Positions 1 through 10,728 are shown, counted from the stretch's first letter. The stretch: 64,000 bases of DNA from an uncultured delta proteobacterium (GCA_963753975.1 CAVWEH010000002.1:416001-480000), one strand, 5' to 3'. The notes: generated by a model from the sequence alone, not told the origin. Numbers and translations: made by a program.

Positions 1-85
1 TTTTTGTTGCCAATTTTTCGCCGGTTTATATTCAAAAAACTCTGTGCGCATCCGCCGGATTTTCCCGCAGGTGTGCTCCAACGGA

Positions 86-1879
86 CTATGAGCAATTTTG
101 CTCTTCTTCCTTTTGAAATTCGCCCGGAAAACGTTCCATCATATAATCCTGAACATGAGAACGTACTTCGGAAGCGGTGCTGAATGTAAGGGCTCTGGCG
201 AACAGTTCTCTGGATTCTTTCAGCGACGCTTCCCGTATTATTCGTTTAATTCGTGGAATGGCCAGGTGGTTCATGCTCAACTCGTCCAATTGCATTCCCA
301 GAAGAATCAACGCATACAGGGGATCGCCCGCCATTTCCCCGCACATGGCTACGCGAATTTTCGCCTCATGAGCCGCGTCCACCACTCGCTTGATCAATCT
401 TAAAATAGCCGGATGCAAAGGCTCGTACAAATAAGTCAGGCGCTCATTGGCTCTGTCTATAGCGAGTGCATACTGGGTCAAATCGTTCGTGCCGATGCTG
501 AAAAAATCCACCTCTTGAGCCAGTTTGTCCGCAATTTCGACCGCGGCGGGCACTTCAATCATCGCCCCTACTTCCATTTTCGGGGCAATTTCCGCGCCTC
601 TCTCCAAAAGTTCTTTTCGGGCTTGCTCCAGCAATCTCTTTGCTTCGCGAATTTCCTCGACGCTCGCAATCATCGGGAAGAGAATTTTAACTTTCCCTAC
701 TGCACTCGCGCGCCAGACAGCCCTTAACTGGGTCTTGAAAAGCTCCGGCTCCCGGAGGCAGAATCGTATTGCCCGCAATCCCATTTGCGGATTCAGTTCT
801 TTGACATGTTTTTGGTCGGGGGTTAATTTATCGCCGCCCAAATCGAAAGTTCTGATTGTCGACCAGAGTAAATCTTTGGCGCTGACTACCTGGATGTAGT
901 TATCGTAATGATCTTCTTCCGTGGGTAAATCATGACGGCTTATATATAGGAACTCCGTCCGATAAAGACCGATGTATTCCGCGCCATGCGCAATTGCCGA
1001 AGGTATTTCTTCGACAAACTCGATATTACCTCCTACCTGCACCAGATAATTATCGGTAGTAACGGCCGGCAATTTCGCGTATTTCATATACTCGTCACTG
1101 GTCGCCAGGAAGTGCATCCTTTTTTCTTCGTACCTTTTGATCATTTCCGGATAAGGGTTAACAATGACCACTCCGGAGATGCCGTCCACAATCAATTCAT
1201 CCCCCGTTTTCACCAGCTGGGTAATATTGCCCAGGCCGGCTACGGCGGGCAGTTCCATCGCGCGGGAAACAATGGCCGTGTGTGAAGTCCGGCCGCCGAT
1301 ATCGGTGGCAAAACCGATAACTTTATCCATTTTCATTTGCGCTGTATCAGCCGGGGAAAGATCCGGCGCAATGACAATTACTTCCCCGCCGATTTCCAGA
1401 ACAATTTCTCTTTTTTCGCCGGAAAGATTGCGTAGAATTCTTTGACCGGCATACTGAACATCGCTGATACGGTCCCGGATATAAGCATCGCTCAAGCCTT
1501 CGAATACTTGTTTGTAGTGGTCCAGAGTCAAACGCACCGCCCATTCCGCGTTGATCCCCAAGCGGCGTATATATTTTATGGTGCGATTGCTGAATTTTTT
1601 ATCCTTTAAAATCATGATATGAACGTCAATGACATACAGAGGTTCGGTAATTCTTGATTTTTTGAGGTTTTCCTGAATTTCCAATAACTGGGCTTCCGAA
1701 TCTTTCAGAGACTTCCTGAACCTCTGTATTTCTTTGGGAATAGACGATGATCTCTTAAGTTTATAAAAGGAAATCTGGCTGTCCAGCGGATCGAAGCGAT
1801 AAGCCCTGCCGATAACAACACCCGGAGAAACACCGATGCCTTTAAGTGCAAATGTTTTCTTTGTTTGTTCAGCGGTCAT
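86..1879 (-). CDS. ptsI: PEP-protein phosphotransferase (PTS enzyme I)
   Basis: GGRTSHTAI phospho-His motif, GLYRTEFLY, DFFSIGTNDLTQY, MCGEMAGDP. Confidence 0.97.
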   Translation of the reverse strand: MTAEQTKKTFALKGIGVSPGVVIGRAYRFDPLDSQISFYKLKRSSSIPKEIQRFRKSLKDSEAQLLEIQENLKKSRITEPLYVIDVHIMILKDKKFSNRTIKYIRRLGINAEWAVRLTLDHYKQVFEGLSDAYIRDRISDVQYAGQRILRNLSGEKREIVLEIGGEVIVIAPDLSPADTAQMKMDKVIGFATDIGGRTSHTAIVSRAMELPAVAGLGNITQLVKTGDELIVDGISGVVIVNPYPEMIKRYEEKRMHFLATSDEYMKYAKLPAVTTDNYLVQVGGNIEFVEEIPSAIAHGAEYIGLYRTEFLYISRHDLPTEEDHYDNYIQVVSAKDLLWSTIRTFDLGGDKLTPDQKHVKELNPQMGLRAIRFCLREPELFKTQLRAVWRASAVGKVKILFPMIASVEEIREAKRLLEQARKELLERGAEIAPKMEVGAMIEVPAAVEIADKLAQEVDFFSIGTNDLTQYALAIDRANERLTYLYEPLHPAILRLIKRVVDAAHEAKIRVAMCGEMAGDPLYALILLGMQLDELSMNHLAIPRIKRIIREASLKESRELFARALTFSTASEVRSHVQDYMMERFPGEFQKEEEQNCS

Positions 1880-1885
1880 CTACGT

Positions 1886-2155
1886 TCAATCTTCTCCAAA
1901 TTTATTTTCAATCAGGTTTTCCAAAGCCTCTATAGCCTTTAATGCGTCAACACCATCGGCTTTTATTGTTAACATTCCGCCTTGGGGACAGGCGAGGGTA
2001 AGTATTCCCAGGATGCTTTTGCCGTTGGCAGTTTGTCCCTTGTGCTCCAGATGAATTTCCGCTTTAAACTGCTGGGCTACTTTTACGAACGCTGCCGCTG
2101 CCCGCGCGTGTATTCCTAATTTGTTTTTTAGCTTTAGGGTTCTAATCTCCATCAA
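1886..2155 (-). CDS. ptsH: Phosphocarrier protein HPr
   Basis: GIHARAAA His motif, ANGKSILGIL; adjacent to ptsI. Confidence 0.96.
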   Translation of the reverse strand: MMEIRTLKLKNKLGIHARAAAAFVKVAQQFKAEIHLEHKGQTANGKSILGILTLACPQGGMLTIKADGVDALKAIEALENLIENKFGED

Positions 2156-2907
2156 TTAAATAATTCTCTGCAGGAAATAATAAGAAGAAATATTACAAAA
2201 GCGCCATAAATAATATGAATTTGCGATATACCTTTTTTAATCAGGAAAAAAGAAGGCAAAATAAAAGCCAACGCCGCCGATTTTACGATTAGTCCCGAAG
2301 CTTTTACGAAAGGCCAATACCAGCCATACGTAAGCCAAATGGCCAAAATGGTCAGCGTCAGCAAAGAAAGCCAGCGAAGTTTTACGGAAACACGAGGCAA
2401 GTCCATCTGCCGGATAAACTCAATACCCTGCTTTCCCCTCCGGTAGCCTTCGATGAAACCTTTAGCCCTCAGCCAGAAGTGAGCCGGCGTATAAATTACC
2501 AAAAAAGCCAGAGGAGCGATGACAAATCCCATCAAAGCCAAATAGACGGCGACAATTGCCGCCAGAGGTTTAAGCGCACCCCAGAAAAAAGTATCGCCGA
2601 TCGCGGCGTAAGGCCCCATCAGTCCCTGTTTGACCGCAATCACATCAGAAACGTCTTCCTTACCCCGATAATCTTCTTCCAGGCGGACAACCGAGCCGAT
2701 CAGCGGCGCGGAAAAGTAGGGGTGGCTGTTATACATCTGCAAATGTCTGGTCAGCATTGATTCAGAATCCTTTTCTTGCAATCGCCATTCCCGGATAAGG
2801 GGGATTATGGCCAGGGCAAAGCCTAAGTTTTGCATCCGTCGAAAATTCAGTGCCGCATGTATAAAAAAAGACCTCAAAAAAATTTTGATCAGTACCAATT
2901 TTTTCAT
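2152..2907 (-). CDS. PTS mannose/fructose/sorbose family IID component
   Basis: NFRRMQNLGF, YNSHPY, LMGPYAAIGDTFFW motifs; upstream of ptsH. Confidence 0.9.
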   Translation of the reverse strand: MKKLVLIKIFLRSFFIHAALNFRRMQNLGFALAIIPLIREWRLQEKDSESMLTRHLQMYNSHPYFSAPLIGSVVRLEEDYRGKEDVSDVIAVKQGLMGPYAAIGDTFFWGALKPLAAIVAVYLALMGFVIAPLAFLVIYTPAHFWLRAKGFIEGYRRGKQGIEFIRQMDLPRVSVKLRWLSLLTLTILAIWLTYGWYWPFVKASGLIVKSAALAFILPSFFLIKKGISQIHIIYGAFVIFLLIISCRELFN

Positions 2908-3047
2908 TTTTTTTTCGGCCTTATTCGCATTTTATTTACCCATCAGTAAATTTTTTTTAGTGCATTTAGCTAACATAAATGACCTATTAAGTCAATTTAA
3001 TCAAGGAATCACGGGTACGAACTCCAAAGCAGAAAAAAATATTTTGT

Positions 3048-3482
3048 TTATTTGTAGCCGATTTCCGGCGTTAGTTTTACCTTGCCCTTAACGAAAACTC
3101 CACTGCCTCTGGCAATTTCTCTTTTTTCGACATCGTAGAGAATGGATTCTGCAAAATATTGGGTTCTGGTGGAATTAACGACTTTTCCGCTGGCTTTTAC
3201 AATACCCTTATCAACCGGCCGGAGGAGATAGATATTAAAACTTACAGTTAATACAAAAACATCTTCGACCAGCGAATTGACGGCGAAAAAAGCCGCGTTA
3301 TCCAGCGCCAGAAAATACATGGCGCCGTGCAGAGCGCCCGCGGCATGAAAAAGATTTTGATTTACGGGTAGGGTAATATCGGCCTGACCGTGGCTTATTT
3401 CCACGCGCACGCCGAGCATTTTTACAATCGGTGCGGAGTGCATCATGTTTTCGAGCTTTCGGTAATGAACGTCATTGGGCAT
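3048..3482 (-). CDS. PaaI family thioesterase (hotdog fold)
   Basis: HAAGALHGAMYFLALDNA motif; start moved to ATG 3482 behind a GAGGAG SD. Confidence 0.88.
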   Translation of the reverse strand: MPNDVHYRKLENMMHSAPIVKMLGVRVEISHGQADITLPVNQNLFHAAGALHGAMYFLALDNAAFFAVNSLVEDVFVLTVSFNIYLLRPVDKGIVKASGKVVNSTRTQYFAESILYDVEKREIARGSGVFVKGKVKLTPEIGYK

Positions 3483-3582
3483 TAAAATACTCCTCAAAAA
3501 CTGAAAATGGAAAATTGATTCCGCTGTGAATAGCGGCCTCAAAGTTAAGTCTAAAAGCAAGCTTGAAGAATAATGGCTTTAT

Positions 3583-4200
3583 TTATTCTTTGATATACTG
3601 CTCGGCGACTTCCCGCGTAATTTTAGTGTTTTTCGCCACATCGGCCAAGACCACGATCACCTCGGCAAGAAAATAAGAAAGCACCAGGACAATGAAGGAT
3701 ACCAGCCAGCCGCCAACAATGAACATCAGCCCGCCCATAAAATCGGAATTATATCCGGCAAAACCCGGCGTAAAGAGGCTTGACTTTCTGATAAAATAAA
3801 AGGCATTGCTGCCGATAAACCAGATAAGAATGCCGCCGGCTACGGCAACAACGACAGAGAAACAGGCATATATTTCTCCGCAGAGTTTAAGAGCGATAGA
3901 TACTATGGGGATAACGGTATAATCAGCATCCGGCAGTGCGGAAATATCACCGGCGCGAATAAACATGGTATGGACAACCATGTAAACAGCTATAACAAAA
4001 AATAACTGGAAAATAATAATTCCCAAAATTAATGAAGCGTCTTCGCCGGACATGGACTTCCAAATGCCAACGCAGGCCGCAAGACCGGCAATGCCAGTGA
4101 TTACAGCGAGTATTTGCAGAAAAATCGCAAAAGCTTTTCTAAAGAAATGACCTACCGAAATTAATTGCAGCACCGGTTTCATGAAAAGATACTTTTCCAT
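3583..4200 (-). CDS. Hypothetical membrane protein (about 4 TM segments)
   Basis: Long hydrophobic segments; AAGGAG SD before ATG 4200. Confidence 0.7.
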   Translation of the reverse strand: MEKYLFMKPVLQLISVGHFFRKAFAIFLQILAVITGIAGLAACVGIWKSMSGEDASLILGIIIFQLFFVIAVYMVVHTMFIRAGDISALPDADYTVIPIVSIALKLCGEIYACFSVVVAVAGGILIWFIGSNAFYFIRKSSLFTPGFAGYNSDFMGGLMFIVGGWLVSFIVLVLSYFLAEVIVVLADVAKNTKITREVAEQYIKE

Positions 4201-4292
4201 AAAAATCTCCTTTGCATCGAAAAAATTTGTGTTTTCTATAGCATGATTGGGTAAAGATGGCGATAAAATTATGGACACACACTTTGTTATGA

Positions 4293-6406
4293 TTATTTTT
4301 TCACCTTCAGCAGCCGGGCATTAATCGCGACGATAATCGTGCTCGCTGACATCAAGACCGCTCCCATGGCCGGACTTACGATAATCCCCGTGCTATAAAG
4401 AACCCCGGCCGCAAGCGGTATAGCCAGAGCATTGTAGCCCGTCGCCCAAGCCAGATTTTGCACTAATTTATTATAGGTGGCTTTGGACAGACCGATAATA
4501 CTGAGAATATCCTGCGGGTTGCTTTTCACCAGAATAATATCCGCCGTTTCCAGCGCCACATCCGTTCCCGCGCCGATAGCGATGCCGACATCCGCCTGAG
4601 CAAGAGCGGGAGCATCGTTAATTCCATCGCCTGTCATGGCGACAACAAATCCTTTGGATTGCACCTCTTTTACTTTTGCCGCCTTCTCACGGGGTAATAC
4701 TTCGGCAAAATATTCATCAAGACCAAGCTCGTCGGCCGACCCATCTGGCAACCAGGTGGTTGTCGCCGGTAAGCATCATACATTTTATACCTGCCGCCTG
4801 CAAACGTGCGACAGCGTTTTTCGCTTCCGGGCGGATCAAATCCGCCAGGGCAATCGCTCCGAGCAATTTGCCTTCCCTCAGAACAAAAATCACGGTTTTG
4901 CCCTGTTCATGAAAGCGGAGAATTCTGTTATCCTGAATATCCAAATTATTTTCTTTAATGTAGCGAGGGCTGACTACTTTTACGTCTTTTCCGTTCACCT
5001 TCCCTTCGGCGCCGCTGCCCGGAATGTTCTTGAAGCGCTCCGGGTGGACAATTATTTTTGCAGCCGCTACAATGCCTCTGGCAATGGGATGTTCCGAATA
5101 CGATTCGATGGACGCAGCATACATCAACAGGTCTTCCCTAGCTACTTCCCCGTCAAATATTACCACATCCGTCACACCGAACTTTCCTTCGGTCAGCGTC
5201 CCTGTTTTATCGAAAATAACCGCTTGGACGTTTCTTGCCTGTTCGAAAGCCGACTCTGTTGCGGATTAAAAGCCCGTTGACAGCCGCGATGGAAGTGGAA
5301 ACGGCAACAACCAGCGGCACCGCCAGACCCAGCGCGTGCGGACAACTGATCACCATTACCGTAACCGCCCTTTCCAGGGAAAAAGCAAAATCCTTATTCC
5401 CTATGAAAAACCAGATCAAGATTGTCAGAACGCTCACTGTTATCGCGATTACCGTAAGGAAAAACGCAAAACGGTTCGCCGTATCCTGTGTTTTCGATTT
5501 ACTTTCCTGCGCTTCTTTCACTAATCGAATAACCTGCGCTAAAAAAGAATCCTTGCCCAATTTTTTTATCAGCACAGTAAGAGAACTATCGCCGTTAACT
5601 GATCCGCCGATTACTTCCGAGCCTTTATTTTTCTTCACCGGGTTGGATTCTCCGGTCAGCATCGCTTCGTTGATATAAGTCTCGCCTTCCTCTATTTCCC
5701 CATCCGCCGGCACTTTCTCGCCCGGTTTAACAACGACTCTATCATTGAGATTCAATTCCTGCAGAGGAACATCTTTTATGCTTCCATCAGCCATTATCTT
5801 ATGGGCAGAGGCAGGCATAAGGTTTGCCAGTTTTGTGAGCGCTTTGGAGGCGCCCATTACCGAACGCATTTCTATCCAGTGCCCCAAGAGCATGATGTCA
5901 ATCAAAGTGGCGAGCTCCCAGAAAAATATCGAGCCCGGCAATCCAAAAACAACAACACTGCTGTATAAATAAGCCGTGGTGATGGCAACGGCAATAAGCG
6001 TCATCATTCCCGGCCGGGAATATTTGAATTCTTCGGCCATCCCTTTCAAGAAAGGCCAGCCGCCATAGAAGAAAATAAATGATGACAAAACAAAAAGAAT
6101 ATAAACGTCGCCCTTAAAGCGCAGAGCGTTTCCGATATCGAGCAGCATTTGAATCATGGGGGTAAGAATTAAAATGGGCCCAGTTACCGCGAGCGAAATC
6201 CAGAACCTCTTTTTAAAATCGCCGATCATATTCTCATGGCCTCCCTGATGGTCGTGATGATGATCTTGCGGAGGTTGATGGTTTGTTTGCTTATGCGGGA
6301 TTGCGGGATAAGCGCTGCCTGTATGCTGCCCGTGCATGTGCTCCTGGTGCTGGTGATTATCTTGCTTTGCTGGGAGGGGGTTTATACGTGTGATTAGATT
6401 TGTCAT
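4293..6406 (-). CDS. copB: Heavy-metal (copper, CopB/P1B-3 type) P-type ATPase, split by two frameshifts (ORFs 5207-6406, 4717-5175, 4293-4751)
   Basis: His-rich N-terminus, LTGES, CPH motif ([11 protein letters not shown]), FDKTGT near 5200-5215, [18 protein letters not shown] and MSAST. Confidence 0.88.
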
Positions 6407-7065
6407 TCCGCTGGATAGCCTACCGCCTGCACCAGAATAATTTTCTGCTGGTCGCGAAGCTTCATGTCTTTGGACAGAGCGCTTCTATCCACCATGCCGC
6501 GGACACCCGTGGCCAGTCCCCGAGAAGCGCAATATAGATATACGTTCTGGGCAATGAAGCCGGTGTCCGCAAACGAATAGACCTTTTTATCCTCATCGTT
6601 CGCATCAAAACCCATCTTCGCATAGTCCGCCACATAGATCAGCTGCAGCGGCGCGTGCGCTACCGAGCTTCTTGACGGTTGAAGAAAAGCGGTCGTGTTC
6701 TTGCGCAGATCGCTTTTCAACACAGGCTCGAGCACATGAGCTTTTGCATTATAAAGATAAAGGCCTTCTTCCATAGCGACATAGACGTCGATTTCCTGCC
6801 AGTTGCGAGCGGACGGGGCCGTGCGTTTGCCGCTGTCCGGCCGGTTGACGCCGCAGGTCGCCCACATTAGATTGGAAAGCACTTCCAGGGGCAGTTTTTT
6901 AGTACTGAATGACCGCGAAGTTTTTCTCTCCTGCAAAGATTGCATCAGGGATTTCCCGCCCCTCAGATCGGGCGATAGTAGTTTAATCGGAATCAGTTCA
7001 GCGGCAAAGGAAAAAGAAGCCAAACAAAATATGGCGGCGACACTCGAAAATATTTTTTTCACCAT
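6403..7065 (-). CDS. Nitroreductase family (SagB/ThcOx-like) protein with signal peptide
   Basis: RKTSRSF, RTAPSARNWQEI, DTGFIAQNVYL. Confidence 0.85.
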   Translation of the reverse strand: MVKKIFSSVAAIFCLASFSFAAELIPIKLLSPDLRGGKSLMQSLQERKTSRSFSTKKLPLEVLSNLMWATCGVNRPDSGKRTAPSARNWQEIDVYVAMEEGLYLYNAKAHVLEPVLKSDLRKNTTAFLQPSRSSVAHAPLQLIYVADYAKMGFDANDEDKKVYSFADTGFIAQNVYLYCASRGLATGVRGMVDRSALSKDMKLRDQQKIILVQAVGYPAE

Positions 7066-7182
7066 AATGCCCTCCGTCCTTAAATATCATTAACACATAT
7101 TTGCAAATATGGTGTTACGTTATAATTAAACAGAAACGTTGTCTAGATTACTGAAGATTAGCCGTGCAAAAATTCGGCCCCT

Positions 7183-7527
7183 TCACTTCTCTTTGGACAT
7201 CCTGGTTTTCAACATGTCCAAGAGCATTTGTACGTGGATTTGGCGGTCAGAAAATTCGATGAGCGGCATCAGCCGCGTCTCGGCAACCGTCCAAAGCGGC
7301 AAGCTGGTGATGATTCGATCGACCTCCTGCGGCGAGTTTGCCTCTACGATGAACCGGAGTGCAATACGTCCGGCCACGGGACCTCCGGCCACAATCTTCT
7401 TTTCCGCAACAAGTTGCCGGGCTCGGGCGAGAGTCGGAAAAATGATTTGCTCGATAAACGCACGGCCTGCTTCCGGCGTCGGCATTACGCCTGACTTTAC
7501 ATGGTCTAATTCGACGAGAAAAAACAC
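7183..7527 (-). CDS. Hypothetical protein, muconolactone-isomerase/YCII-like dimeric alpha-beta barrel
   Basis: GTG start after GAGGAG SD; IVEANSPQEVDRIITSLPLW resembles the MIase C-terminal pattern. Confidence 0.5.
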   Translation of the reverse strand: MFFLVELDHVKSGVMPTPEAGRAFIEQIIFPTLARARQLVAEKKIVAGGPVAGRIALRFIVEANSPQEVDRIITSLPLWTVAETRLMPLIEFSDRQIHVQMLLDMLKTRMSKEK

Positions 7528-7593
7528 CTGAATCTCCTCTAAATTCCGACCAACGCGTGCCCTTCGGCACATTGAATGATCGGGTTATCAAGT

Positions 7594-7632
7594 GGTAAGC
7601 CGGAGCAGCCTCACGGCTCGCTCCGGCTTACC
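7594..7632. repeat. Intergenic inverted repeat (hairpin; REP-like or terminator)
   Basis: GGTAAGCCGGAGC (7594-7606) / GCTCCGGCTTACC (7620-7632), perfect 13-bp arms. Confidence 0.6.
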
Positions 7633-7652
7633 GCCCGACAGATAAAGCTCTG

Positions 7653-8459
7653 CTATTTCCTAAATATTTCGGTAAGAAATTTATCCAGTTCCGCCCACGA
7701 TTTTTTATCAGCGTCGGCGTTATACCCTACCGGCATATTAAATTTTTTTGCATACTTATCGGCATCAGGATTGGTGAAACTGTGCATTGCTCCCGGATAA
7801 GAAATAAACTTAAAATCAGCCCCGGCATTGGTCATTTCCTGCTTAAATGCTGCGACTTGTTCGGGTGTCGTGAACTTATCGGCATCACCGTTTAAAACAA
7901 GAATTTTTGCCTTGATTACGCCAGGCTCGGCGGGTTTTGCCGTAGCCAGCATTCCGTGAAAACTCGCCACCCCCTTGAGATCGACGCCCTGCCGCGCCAT
8001 ATGCAGCACGACTCCGCCGCCGAAACAATAACCAATAGCGGCTATCCTTTCCGGGTCAACGGTTTTTTGCTTTTTCAGGAATTCCAGAGCCGCCATAAAC
8101 CTGCCTTCCTCTACGGAAGCATTTTTCATAACTGCGTCGGCAAACTTCCCGGCATCGTCCGGATGCCTGGCCTGCATGCCGCGTCCATACATATCAAGAG
8201 CGAGCGCTGTATAACCCATTTTCGCCAACATCCGCGCACGTTTACGAATATAATCATTAAGTCCCCACCATTCATGAACAATAAGCACGCCCGGCCTTGC
8301 GCCTTTAATATTCTCGTCATAGGCCAGGTAACCTTTCAAAACTACGTCTCCGGCTTTGTAAGTGACAGTCTTGCCTTCAATCCCGGCTCTCGCAAAAGCA
8401 GGAAGGTAAAAGGCTAATACCAGTGCGGTTGCGGCCAATACCATAAATATTCTTTTCAT
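7653..8459 (-). CDS. Dienelactone hydrolase family protein, exported
   Basis: HEWWGLN, GYCFGG nucleophile motif, YPGAMHSF; AAGGAGG SD before ATG 8459; signal peptide. Confidence 0.92.
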   Translation of the reverse strand: MKRIFMVLAATALVLAFYLPAFARAGIEGKTVTYKAGDVVLKGYLAYDENIKGARPGVLIVHEWWGLNDYIRKRARMLAKMGYTALALDMYGRGMQARHPDDAGKFADAVMKNASVEEGRFMAALEFLKKQKTVDPERIAAIGYCFGGGVVLHMARQGVDLKGVASFHGMLATAKPAEPGVIKAKILVLNGDADKFTTPEQVAAFKQEMTNAGADFKFISYPGAMHSFTNPDADKYAKKFNMPVGYNADADKKSWAELDKFLTEIFRK

Positions 8460-8641
8460 AACGGCCTCCTTATTGGTTTTTGATCCCCACATTGACCATT
8501 TTGAATTACCCCGCAGCTCTTCACAAAAAGAGGCAGACGCATCGATTGTTTGCCAATACGAATGATTTGGGGAAGCTTCGTCTGGAATAGCAAAAGTCCC
8601 CGGCATTGTTTAATGCCCGATCTAAAAAGCAAGGGGTATAA

Positions 8642-9010
8642 TTACTTTACGGTCAATGTTGAAGTTGTACTACCCCAGAGATTACAGGTCGCGGTGACCT
8701 CAAAAACATCTCCTTTTGCCGCCGGTATCTTATAAGTATAGGTAAAAAGCTCATCGGTCGGCTGGGTATCGTACTCATTTTTGCTGACGGCCGCACCATT
8801 TTTCTTGATTTCCACATATTTAATATGATGCATGCCGGCGAACAATGTGTAGTGATCTATGGTGACAGACAGTGTTTGTGTCTTCATATCATAAGCCAGG
8901 TCTACAGATTTCGGCGCAGTTGCATAAGATGGTTGCGCAATTATACACAAGAAGAAAAAGATAAAAAGAACAGCCTGCAAATATTTTGACTTAACCATAA
9001 ATTTTTTCAT
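8642..9010 (-). CDS. Secreted hypothetical protein, distant desulfoferrodoxin/SOR-like Ig fold
   Basis: Signal peptide; H..HHIKYVEI and TCNLWG motifs; AGGAGG SD. Confidence 0.6.
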   Translation of the reverse strand: MKKFMVKSKYLQAVLFIFFFLCIIAQPSYATAPKSVDLAYDMKTQTLSVTIDHYTLFAGMHHIKYVEIKKNGAAVSKNEYDTQPTDELFTYTYKIPAAKGDVFEVTATCNLWGSTTSTLTVK

Positions 9011-9174
9011 AGCCTACCTCCTGAATGATTAGTTTTCCTGTTATACCGCCAGGAATTTGAATTATTCTTACAAACTTCAGTTCCCAAAGCAATGGTGGTT
9101 AAATCTATGTAAATTGGCAGGTAAATACTACGAATGGGGAATTTATATCAATTCACGGAATCGCGCCCAATAGC

Positions 9175-9780
9175 CTACTTTGCGCGCTCGTAGGCGAACC
9201 GCGTGCGCAGGAGCACGTCCCATAGCGGCGTCGTAACGCCGAAGTTATTAGTGGGATGGCGGTGATGAATGAGATGATGAGCCGACCAGTGTTTGGCCCA
9301 CGACCGCTGAAAATGGGAGTGATGAATGGCATAATGCCAGAGCCCATAAGTGACGTAGCCGAAAGCTATCGTTCCGGTAAGGAGAAATGCACTCTCCAAG
9401 GGCACGAGCACGGCAAATATGCCCGTCAATACGAGCAGAACTATTGCGGGCAGAAAAAAAGGCAGAGAATCGTAGCCCAGTGGATTCAAATGGTGGGCGT
9501 GGTGGCCTTCCGCCATGATCCGCACCGATCCATGGAAGAGCCAGCGGTGAATGAAGTATTCGACAAAGCTAAAAAGAAACAGGCCGACTGCGACAGTCAG
9601 CAAAACCGCAAGCAAACTGAGTTCATGACGGCGCAAGCCCGCAAAGATCAACACAATACCTAAGGGAATATCGACGGCGAATTCACCCCAGTAATTGGCA
9701 CGGGTCTTGGACATATTCAAGATAAAACTCAGCACAACATCAAACACGCGTCCGATCATGTTTTTTTGCTCTTTGGGCAT
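9175..9780 (-). CDS. Sterol desaturase / fatty acid hydroxylase family protein
   Basis: EYFIHRWLFH, HHAHH, HYAIHH, HLIHH His boxes and NFGVTTPLWD. Confidence 0.9.
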   Translation of the reverse strand: MPKEQKNMIGRVFDVVLSFILNMSKTRANYWGEFAVDIPLGIVLIFAGLRRHELSLLAVLLTVAVGLFLFSFVEYFIHRWLFHGSVRIMAEGHHAHHLNPLGYDSLPFFLPAIVLLVLTGIFAVLVPLESAFLLTGTIAFGYVTYGLWHYAIHHSHFQRSWAKHWSAHHLIHHRHPTNNFGVTTPLWDVLLRTRFAYERAK

Positions 9781-9897
9781 ACTGCCTACCTCCTTCTGCA
9801 AGAGTGGCACCGGCAAATCTATTTGTCAATCAAAAACGCCGCACCGTTAAAGGCCGGTATCCAGCATACAACTTAACCTTTAACCTTGCTTCCTGAC

Positions 9898-10572
9898 TTA
9901 TTTTGGCCGTGGCATCTTGCTCTGCAGCTCTGCAATAAATTTTTTATCAAGCTCGTTGCCGCGGGGTGCAGATTCCGCCAGTTCTATCTTTTTCCATGCC
10001 TCGGCATAGTTGCCTGCGTAATATAAAACTATCGCCCAATTTTGCAAATTCAGAACATTTTGCGGCGCCTTTCTATACAATTGTTCATAGCGATTGAAAG
10101 CATCCTTTAAAAGCACATCGTTTTTAGTTGCCACAGCCGCAAATCCAATCGTTCTGGCGTGGTCAACCGCAAAATCAATATCATTTCCTACAAATTGTTC
10201 AGCTTCGGAAAATAGCTTCAGTGATTCATTAATTTTTCCGGCTTTGCCTTGAATTGCCGCCATCCCCCAGAGCGCTGTGCCGTTCTCGTTGTCCAGAAGC
10301 CAAGCCTGATTGAAACGCTTCATTGCAGTTTCCATATCGCCCTGACGGTAAAATTGCCAGCCCCGCATCGCAGCATGTTCCGCCGCTTTTTTCAGGTCTC
10401 CCTTGTACAGTTTATCAATCGCAGCGAGAAATTCTTTATCCGCTGCCTGCTGTGCTTCACTTTTCGGCATTGGACCATATTTGGGAAGTAAATTACTTTG
10501 TCCGTAAGCTGTGTTGAATGAGAATGTTGCAATAATTAATAGAGTAAAAAAAGAAATGAGAATTTTACGCAT
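9898..10572 (-). CDS. Exported TPR-repeat protein
   Basis: Signal peptide; AMKRFNQAWLLD and helical TPR-like repeats; AGGAG SD. Confidence 0.75.
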   Translation of the reverse strand: MRKILISFFTLLIIATFSFNTAYGQSNLLPKYGPMPKSEAQQAADKEFLAAIDKLYKGDLKKAAEHAAMRGWQFYRQGDMETAMKRFNQAWLLDNENGTALWGMAAIQGKAGKINESLKLFSEAEQFVGNDIDFAVDHARTIGFAAVATKNDVLLKDAFNRYEQLYRKAPQNVLNLQNWAIVLYYAGNYAEAWKKIELAESAPRGNELDKKFIAELQSKMPRPK

Positions 10573-10601
10573 ATGATCTCCTGTCTGCATTATTTTATGA
10601 T

Positions 10602-10669
10602 ATGTAGTTGTCAATCAAAGTTGTGATTTCGACTTTATCTACTTCGTTTAGTTTTATTTTGTCCGGCAT
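10602..10669 (-). pseudogene. 5' stub of an MBL-fold hydrolase-like gene (copy 1)
   Basis: Reads MPDKIKLNEVDKVEITTLIDNYI, then Ser and stop; 63/68 nt identical to 11781-11848. Confidence 0.6.
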
Positions 10670-10728
10670 TGGGATTATCTCAAAAGTGATTAATGAAGGA
10701 TAACGTTCCCCGGAATCCTCCCCTTTTT

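Noticed and set aside
1..20. Possible sigma54 -24 box (TTGGCA) on the minus strand
   Set aside because: The -12 element would fall outside the window and cannot be verified
9840..9897. GTTATGC resembling an integron attC core after the TPR gene
   Set aside because: No matching inverse core or attC hairpin, and no integron integrase
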